The position numbers and the translations under genes were made by a program. From positions 3,780,001 to 3,812,000 of the forward strand of contig NC_020304.1 in NCBI RefSeq assembly GCF_000341395.1: a DNA stretch of 32,000 bases. Reading direction: 5' to 3'. Below, piece by piece: positions 26,092 to 32,000 of this stretch. The notes beneath the pieces are model-generated. The model ran no database searches. It was not told the DNA's origin and saw nothing but the letters and a program-made list of their open reading frames with translations. This stretch comes from Desulfocapsa sulfexigens DSM 10523. GTDB taxonomy: Bacteria > Desulfobacterota > Desulfobulbia > Desulfobulbales > Desulfocapsaceae. How positions within the stretch are numbered: the first letter of the stretch is position 1; each line of letters opens with the position of its first letter.

Positions 26092-27084
26092 CTACTCTTC
26101 TTCCTTTCCTGCCGGGCCAAATATCTTTGGAACCAGTTTGATATACCATGCTGCTGATTGAATCTGTATAACATACGCCAGTGATATCAGAAGAGCAATG
26201 GTCATCCCCTGCTCCTTGAATGCAGTCATGGCAATTGCCAGAGCAATTGACAAATCTCTCATAACCACACCAAAAACCATGGCAATCGCATCACCTCTTT
26301 TGAAAAAGAATTTTCCAATAAGTGACAGTAAAATATAAGAAATAAGATAAAAGATAATCAGTGGAATAAGAATAGTCAGTATATCGCCTGGATTAGCTAA
26401 TATATTTTTTGCCTTCAATGCCATTGCTGTGAAGGCAATCATGGAAACACCCAGGGCAGAAAAGGGTGGAAACATCGGCTTGTAAGTCTCCATCCAGGCC
26501 TTCTTCCCGTGTTTTCTAACCAGATAATTCTGGGTAAGCAGACCGGCAATCATGGGAACAAAGACAAAGATACAGATCTGCTGGAACATATGCAGCATAT
26601 CCACATCCACCGTAGCACCCATAAAAATTTTCGTATACACCGGGGCAGCTAGAGAGCCGATAATAAGACCAAACACCAGCATCTTAGTGGCTGCTTCCTT
26701 GTTTCCTTTAGCAAAACCCGTCCACGAAATTGTCATTCCTGAGGCCGGAAGCACTCCTATAAGAAACAGTCCCACAGCCCATAAGCCAAATTTCTCATCG
26801 GCACCTGCAAAAAAGATTTTTCCTATGACAAACACAATGATAGGGACAAAGATAAAATTGATTATCTGAGTCACCACCTGCAATTTTAAATCCCCACCCT
26901 TAAATATGGTTTTTGTGTTCAGAGTAGCCATCATAGGGTAGATCATGATGAAAGTAATCGGGATAATAAACTGCTTGAGAGGTTTAGCATCAAAAAGATA
27001 CCCGCCGCCGATAACTCCAAGTATCATGGCAACCGGGATCACGTAGACAAGGTTCTTCTGTAATAATTTCAGCATTTTCATCAT
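26092..27084 (-). CDS. SBF/ACR3-like (bile acid:Na+ symporter fold) permease; substrate unknown
   Basis: About 10 hydrophobic segments in 330 aa. The segment LIGVLPASGMTISWTGFAKGNKEAATKM resembles the BASS/ACR3 signature region. The position equivalent to the essential Acr3 Cys (..ARCIAMV..) appears to be Ser. GGAG SD 8 nt upstream of ATGATG. Confidence 0.8.
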   Translation of the reverse strand: MMKMLKLLQKNLVYVIPVAMILGVIGGGYLFDAKPLKQFIIPITFIMIYPMMATLNTKTIFKGGDLKLQVVTQIINFIFVPIIVFVIGKIFFAGADEKFGLWAVGLFLIGVLPASGMTISWTGFAKGNKEAATKMLVFGLIIGSLAAPVYTKIFMGATVDVDMLHMFQQICIFVFVPMIAGLLTQNYLVRKHGKKAWMETYKPMFPPFSALGVSMIAFTAMALKAKNILANPGDILTILIPLIIFYLISYILLSLIGKFFFKRGDAIAMVFGVVMRDLSIALAIAMTAFKEQGMTIALLISLAYVIQIQSAAWYIKLVPKIFGPAGKEEE

Positions 27085-27114
27085 TTCATTTTCTCCAGAG
27101 AAAAGGTTACCTTC

Positions 27115-27531
27115 CTATTTAACCTCATCAATCATGGAACGAATTTTGACGAAAGTCTGTCCTACAGATTCGGAGAATTTTGGATCGTCAAGTACAAAGG
27201 CAGCAATATCATCTGCAGAATAACTTAAGTAACGCACCTGAGTCTTTCCATCTTTCGAAAAAACCATTACGAATTTAGGCATAAATATCGCTCGCTCAGG
27301 ATTCATAGTGAGACTGCCGTCAGCCTTTGTTGGCTTGCAAACCTGCATCATATGGAGATCAAATTCATCGGGTACCGTTCCCCCATGCGCCCGAAATGTT
27401 TCTTTCATGTTCATGGTATCGTAATTATTGACAACAAAATCATTTTTTTTAACTACCTCGGCGAAATCTGCCACAAACTGAGCCACACTTTTCTCACTTT
27501 CCACACAATACAGATCTTCATTACGGTTCAT
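27115..27531 (-). CDS. DUF302 domain protein
   Basis: 138 aa. The pattern (...FVVNNYDTMNMKETFRAHG...EFDLHMMQVCKP...PERAIFMPKFVMVF.KDGKT.V.Y) is typical of DUF302. Strong SD AGGAGG, 5 nt before the ATG. Confidence 0.8.
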   Translation of the reverse strand: MNRNEDLYCVESEKSVAQFVADFAEVVKKNDFVVNNYDTMNMKETFRAHGGTVPDEFDLHMMQVCKPTKADGSLTMNPERAIFMPKFVMVFSKDGKTQVRYLSYSADDIAAFVLDDPKFSESVGQTFVKIRSMIDEVK

Positions 27532-27684
27532 ACTGTCCTCCTTTGAAGGAAATACATCTTCTATATTTTTCCGCTATCCTCCATAGATAGCAGGGTTTAT
27601 CTCTCAAACACACTAATGAACATATGCACAAGATAGTGCCACCCCCTTATCCTGTCAAGATAAATCAACAGGAATAGATTTTAG

Positions 27685-27752
27685 GTTACATAAATATTAA
27701 ATTAAGAGTATTCTGTTACCCTATTCCGTTACCAAAACACCGGAATGTAACA
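27685..27752. promoter_or_regulatory. Cluster of GTTAC half-sites with an imperfect inverted repeat, in the divergent DUF302 / DUF4390 intergenic region
   Basis: GTTAC occurs at 27685-27689, 27715-27719 and 27728-27732, and inverted (GTAAC) at 27747-27751. TGTTACcctATTCCG (27714-27728) mirrors CCGGAATGTAACA (27740-27752). No binding factor is known. Confidence 0.25.
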
Positions 27753-27830
27753 CAGAGCAGGGCAGGAGAAAGTTTTGCTTTTTCTCTGATTTGCTGATAT
27801 TCTCATACCTATCTTACACCCATCATCCAT

Positions 27831-28403
27831 ATGTTTCGTCCATTGTTCCGTATCATACTTCTTTTGTTACTTACATTATTCACAGGGATCGGCGTCCAAG
27901 CTGAATCCACTCCAAAGGCACAGTTCAAAGATATCACAATCACTACCTCCAAAACACATCTGCTCCTCTTTGGTACAATAACAAACAGTCATCGAACCGA
28001 ACTTGAACAGGCTCTTCACAGCGGGATTCCCATGCAGTTTACATTTTTTATCGAACTGCTTCGTATCAGAGAGAACTGGCCCGACGAAGAGCTTGTATCA
28101 ATGGAGTTTAACCATACCCTTAAGTACGATACCCTCAAAGAAGAATATCAACTGGAACAGGGAGAGCAGAAGAACAGAAAATTCACCTACAAAAGCCTTG
28201 ATGAGGCTATGCGGGCAATGAACGATATAAACGGACTCAGAGTTATCCGGCTCTCAAAGCTTTCCCCTGACAATTCCTATGAATTACGTATCAAGGCTGA
28301 GTTATTCAAAAAAACGCTTCCGATGAATCTTCACTACCTGATTCCCTTTATTTCCATGTGGGACCTGGAAACAGACTGGTTTACTATCGAGTTCACCTAC
28401 TAA
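27831..28403 (+). CDS. DUF4390 domain protein (periplasmic/secreted; usual partner of NtrY-like kinases)
   Basis: Signal peptide MFRPLFRIILLLLLTLFTGIGVQA. 190 aa. It sits immediately upstream of the NtrY-like kinase. The family assignment rests on pattern and context memory. Confidence 0.7.
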   Translation: MFRPLFRIILLLLLTLFTGIGVQAESTPKAQFKDITITTSKTHLLLFGTITNSHRTELEQALHSGIPMQFTFFIELLRIRENWPDEELVSMEFNHTLKYDTLKEEYQLEQGEQKNRKFTYKSLDEAMRAMNDINGLRVIRLSKLSPDNSYELRIKAELFKKTLPMNLHYLIPFISMWDLETDWFTIEFTY

Positions 28404-28425
28404 GCGATGCTCCCGAACACCATCC

Positions 28426-30717
28426 ATGGATAAATCAACTCAGGACATGAAAGGGCAGTTCGACTTCCAGGATTCCGGAAAGCCAGAACTCACTAGAGCC
28501 CAGAGGCTGAAGAAAAAGCGGTTGATCAGACGGGTGATTTTCATTTGCCTCTGCCTTATTCCCCTTTTTATCTGGCTGGAAAGCTCGCTCTTAAATGCCG
28601 ACATAACCCTTCCAGTCTCCAGTGACATCCTTATATTTGGGGTAATAAATCTCAATGTTATCCTTGTTCTTCTTATGCTCTTCCTCGTTCTTCGAAACCT
28701 GGCAGAACTGTTCTTTGAGAGCAGAGAGAACATCCTTGGTTCTAAATTAAAGAGCAAGCTGGTTATATCCTTTATCTCTCTTTCCCTTATACCCACGATT
28801 CTTCTCTTCTTTATTTCTCTCCAGTTTGTTTCCACCAGTATGGATTACTGGTTCAACTCCAATATAGAAATCTCACTGCAAAATTCCCTTGACCTCGCAA
28901 AATCCTATATTAACGAAACAAAGGATGAGGTGGATATTTTAGGGGCAGCTGTGGAAAAAAACATCCTCCAGATGCATGCAAAAGACGCTGGTCCCATCGA
29001 ACTTGAAAAAAACCTCGAAATCCTTCTAAAGGCCTACGATACCAGAAACTCACTGAGTTTTTCACTTATCACCGATCAGCGCAATAAGATCTTCACAGTG
29101 TCTTCCCCTCTGCTCAGCGCTCAGAAGATACCGCCTGTTCTACAGGCAACACTTGATCGCGTTATTATGAATCAAGAGCGCGAACTTGTAACTCAGGACT
29201 CACCAGCCGGTGATCTTATACGCCGTATCAATCATATCCACTACAGCTGGGCGCCCACCGAAGAAGTTTTTCTTGTAACAACCCTGCTCATTAAAAAAGA
29301 ACAGCTTGATCGGCTGAATTACATATCCAAAGGAATCGAAGATTACCGACAGTTAAAATATCTCAAACAACCCTTTAAATTCTGGTTATTGATTGTTCTT
29401 CTGATCGTTACCCTGCTCATCATTTTCTCAGCTATCTGGTTTGGGCTCTATATCGCCAAAAGTATCACCGGCCCACTCGATAAGGTGGCTATGGCAACGA
29501 GAAGAGTTGCTGATGGCGATTTGGACTTTGTTTTAGAGAAAGAATCCAATGACGAAATGGGCCTGCTGGTGGATTCTTTCAATACCATGACCTCAAACCT
29601 CAACGCCAGCAATGCAAAGCTTGCCGATGCTCACAACGCGCTACAAAAAAGCTCCATGGAGTCTGATGACAGAAGACGATACACTGAAATCATTCTACAG
29701 AATGTTGAGGCCGGAGTTATCTCTCTTGACGAGGAAGGTCGCATTACAACCATCAATCGTTTTGCAGAAAAACTCCTGAACATCTCCGCTGATTTCTTTC
29801 TCGGGCGAAAATTCTCTCAGGTCCTTCCACCCGAGCATGCAGCCATCATCGAGGAATTTATTGCAGAGTTGACCATCACCGGCAAGCCATCAGTTCGTGA
29901 ACATCTGAAAATATCCATTTTAAAGGAAAACTTTTCACTACTGGTAACCTTTACCCGCCTTGAAAATGAAGAAGGGAAAGCCCTTGGCTTTGTTCTCGTC
30001 TTTGCCAATCTAACTGAGCTCGAGAAAATGCAGCGCATGGCCGCCTGGCGTGAAGTAGCACGTCGCATTGCTCACGAAATCAAAAATCCTCTCACCCCCA
30101 TTCAGCTCTCAGCCCAGCGATTACGCAGACGCTACCCTGAAATTCTCATGGAAGATAATTCTATTTTCGACCAGTGCACAAATACCATTATCAAACAGGT
30201 CGACGAAATCAAACTCCTGGTCAGTGAGTTCTCACAATTTGCCAGAATGCCTAAAATCAATCGTGCTCCTGCTGATATCACCACAATGATTAATGAGACC
30301 CTTTTTCTCTACAAACAGGCCCATGGGGATATCACCTTTACTGTCACATGCAAAGATACCATACCAATATTCAGTTTTGATACCGAACAGTTGAAACGCT
30401 GCTTTATCAACCTCTTTGACAATGCTGTTGCAGTTTTGCCAGAGGGCGGTATAGTCGATACTGTTCTGTCTCTCGGCAACGATGGAGAATCTGTGTTCAT
30501 TCAGGTCTGTGACTCAGGCCCAGGTATCGACGAACATGAAAAACTTAAACTTTTTGAACCCTATTTCTCCACAAAAAAAACGGGTACAGGACTGGGACTT
30601 GCTATTGTTTCCACTATAATATCAGACCATAGTGGCTATATAAGGGTGCAGAACAACAGTCCCCATGGCACCATATTCACTATTGAGTTACCCCTGGGAA
30701 TTAAAAGACAGGTATAG
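28426..30717 (+). CDS. ntrY: NtrY-like sensor histidine kinase (multi-TM, HAMP, PAS, HisKA, HATPase_c)
   Basis: N-terminal TM segments, a HAMP region (ITGPLDKVAMATRRVADGDLDF), a PAS region, the H-box AHEIKNPLTPIQLSAQRL, an N-box FINLFDNA and the G-boxes DSGPGI / GTGLGLAIV. 763 aa. Confidence 0.85.
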   Translation: MDKSTQDMKGQFDFQDSGKPELTRAQRLKKKRLIRRVIFICLCLIPLFIWLESSLLNADITLPVSSDILIFGVINLNVILVLLMLFLVLRNLAELFFESRENILGSKLKSKLVISFISLSLIPTILLFFISLQFVSTSMDYWFNSNIEISLQNSLDLAKSYINETKDEVDILGAAVEKNILQMHAKDAGPIELEKNLEILLKAYDTRNSLSFSLITDQRNKIFTVSSPLLSAQKIPPVLQATLDRVIMNQERELVTQDSPAGDLIRRINHIHYSWAPTEEVFLVTTLLIKKEQLDRLNYISKGIEDYRQLKYLKQPFKFWLLIVLLIVTLLIIFSAIWFGLYIAKSITGPLDKVAMATRRVADGDLDFVLEKESNDEMGLLVDSFNTMTSNLNASNAKLADAHNALQKSSMESDDRRRYTEIILQNVEAGVISLDEEGRITTINRFAEKLLNISADFFLGRKFSQVLPPEHAAIIEEFIAELTITGKPSVREHLKISILKENFSLLVTFTRLENEEGKALGFVLVFANLTELEKMQRMAAWREVARRIAHEIKNPLTPIQLSAQRLRRRYPEILMEDNSIFDQCTNTIIKQVDEIKLLVSEFSQFARMPKINRAPADITTMINETLFLYKQAHGDITFTVTCKDTIPIFSFDTEQLKRCFINLFDNAVAVLPEGGIVDTVLSLGNDGESVFIQVCDSGPGIDEHEKLKLFEPYFSTKKTGTGLGLAIVSTIISDHSGYIRVQNNSPHGTIFTIELPLGIKRQV

Positions 30718-30766
30718 AGCCTGAGGACTGAAGGGCTAAAGCCGATATACAGGTACTCTTTTTTTT

Positions 30767-32000
30767 ATGGCTAAACGAATTCTTATCATTGATGATGAAG
30801 CCTCCATTCGGGAAACCCTCTCGGATATTCTTGAAGATGAGGGCTTCACGCCCATCTGTGCCGCATCTGCTGAAGAAGGTATCGCTATTCTTGAGGAAGA
30901 AAACATTGACCTCATTCTTCTCGATATCTGGCTTGGTGATAACATGGATGGCCTTACCGCCCTTGAAAACATAAAGGCTAGTCATTCGCTGCCTGTGATA
31001 ATGATATCCGGTCACGGTACCATTGAAACAGCTGTCCAGGCCACCCGTAAAGGTGCTTTTGATTTTGTCGAAAAGCCACTTTCCTATGACAAAATCATCC
31101 TTGCCATTTCCAATGGATTACGCTTTTCCCAGCTGGAAAAAGATAACCAGATCCTCCGCGATAAGACTAGCAGGGTAGTCAAACTCACAGGACACTCCAG
31201 CCTTATCAACGCCCTGCGTCTCCAGATTGAGCGAGTAGCCCCAACGGATGCCTGGGTTCTTATTCGGGGAGATCATGGCACCGGCAAGGAATTGGTGGCT
31301 CAGGCAATCCATCGTCACTCCAGGATGGCTGATCATCCCATGATTGAGGTGAACTGCGCTGCTATCCCCGAGGAACTCATAGAATCCGAGCTTTTTGGAC
31401 ACGAAAAAGGATCCTTTACCGGTGCCCACATTTCAAAACGAGGTAAGTTTGACCAGGCAGACGGAGGAATTTTATTTCTTGATGAAATTGGTGACATGAG
31501 CCTCAAGACACAGGCTAAAATCCTGCGAATTCTCCAGGAACAAAAATTCGAACGTGTTGGTGGTCATAAAACCATCTCTGTCAACGTCCGCGTCCTTGCT
31601 GCTACAAACAAAAACCTCGAAGAAGAAATCGAACGGGGAAATTTCCGGGCAGATCTTTTCTGGAGACTCAACGTTGTGCCAATCACCGTACCTGCACTTC
31701 GTAACCGTCTGGCAGATATCCCCTTCCTCGTTGAAGATCTGATGAAAGGGTTAGTGAACCGTGGCCTCGGCCATAAGAAGTTCTCCGATGATGCCATCAA
31801 GGTCATGATGCAGCACTCCTGGCCTGGAAACGTCCGGGAACTTCGCAATTTTGTGGAACGCATGGCTATCATGTGCCCTGCCGACACTATCGGTGCCGAC
31901 GACATAGCCCTCTTTCTCAACCCAACCATGACCGCCCCTGCCACATCATCTGACAACACCGAAGCCATGGTCCCCTATGGTATCACGAACTTTAAGGAAG
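30767..32000 (+). CDS. ntrX: NtrX/NtrC-type sigma-54-dependent response regulator (receiver plus AAA+ domains; the C-terminal HTH lies beyond the window)
   Basis: My own translation from the ATG at 30767 gives MAKRILIIDDEASIRETL...LILLDIWL (receiver domain). It also shows Walker A GDHGTGKE, a GAFTGA-type loop written GSFTGA, Walker B GILFLDEIG and WPGNVRELRN. The frame is open to the window end. It is not in the ORF track because it is truncated. Confidence 0.9.
   Translation, partial: MAKRILIIDDEASIRETLSDILEDEGFTPICAASAEEGIAILEEENIDLILLDIWLGDNMDGLTALENIKASHSLPVIMISGHGTIETAVQATRKGAFDFVEKPLSYDKIILAISNGLRFSQLEKDNQILRDKTSRVVKLTGHSSLINALRLQIERVAPTDAWVLIRGDHGTGKELVAQAIHRHSRMADHPMIEVNCAAIPEELIESELFGHEKGSFTGAHISKRGKFDQADGGILFLDEIGDMSLKTQAKILRILQEQKFERVGGHKTISVNVRVLAATNKNLEEEIERGNFRADLFWRLNVVPITVPALRNRLADIPFLVEDLMKGLVNRGLGHKKFSDDAIKVMMQHSWPGNVRELRNFVERMAIMCPADTIGADDIALFLNPTMTAPATSSDNTEAMVPYGITNFKE

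Noticed and set aside
26092-27084. Calling the permease an arsenite efflux pump (Acr3/ArsB) and the locus an ars operon
   Set aside because: There is no arsR, arsC or arsA nearby. The signature Cys of Acr3 appears substituted, and the protein has a single Cys overall. Only the fold-level assignment is justified.
27625-27641. A sigma-54-like promoter on the minus strand upstream of the DUF302 operon (TGGCAC-TATCT-TGTGCA)
   Set aside because: The -24 TGGCAC is perfect, but the GC of the -12 element is displaced by one nucleotide relative to the strict GG-N10-GC spacing, and the TTGC is degenerate (TGTGC). Without the correct spacing I do not call it. It is worth re-checking only if a transcription start maps about 12 nt downstream.
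1-32000. A search for CRISPR arrays, tandem repeats, tRNA, rRNA or tmRNA, IS elements or integrases, toxin-antitoxin pairs and defence-system genes
   Set aside because: I saw no repeat-spacer periodicity, no tRNA-like T-arm motifs in spacers, and no transposase, integrase, RT, nuclease-helicase or other defence hallmark proteins among the translated ORFs. Visual inspection could miss short or degenerate elements.

Overview
The window looks like ordinary, tightly packed chromosomal core DNA from a Gram-negative anaerobe. A Desulfobacterota-like origin is suggested by gene content only and cannot be verified here. I support about 30 protein genes in eight alternating strand blocks.

(1) Minus, 1-11456: a truncated TPR lipoprotein, a small Cys-rich ORF, and an ileS-lspA-fabD-bioB-bioA-bioF-bioG-bioC-bioD string with 1-nt stop/start overlaps.
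(2) Plus, 11706-16773: a CooC-type NTPase, then ftsE-ftsX-envC-like-ctpA.
(3) Minus, 17152-19329: a TPR/OmpA-like protein, a candidate 6S RNA that the ORF track misses, and era.
(4) Plus, 19492-21708: an RNase II-family exoribonuclease plus a 65-aa ORF.
(5) Minus, 21714-23333: rfbC-rfbB.
(6) Plus, 23484-25073: prfC.
(7) Minus, 25165-27531: DUF302, an SBF/ACR3-like permease, a NifX-like protein, a strong terminator, then DUF134.
(8) Plus, 27831 to the window end: DUF4390, an NtrY-like kinase and an NtrX-like sigma-54 activator (truncated).

I saw no rRNA, tRNA, CRISPR array, transposase, integrase, phage gene or obvious compositional island. I found no convincing novel multi-gene system such as a defence island. 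The most noteworthy items are the ~185-nt 6S-like RNA at about 18176-18364 and the function-unknown DUF302/permease/NifX-like/DUF134 locus beside the NtrYX module. Lesser items are the fabD-bio linkage with BioG, an orphan CooC, and a few small ORFs and repeats. All family assignments come from motif recognition by eye; no searches were run.
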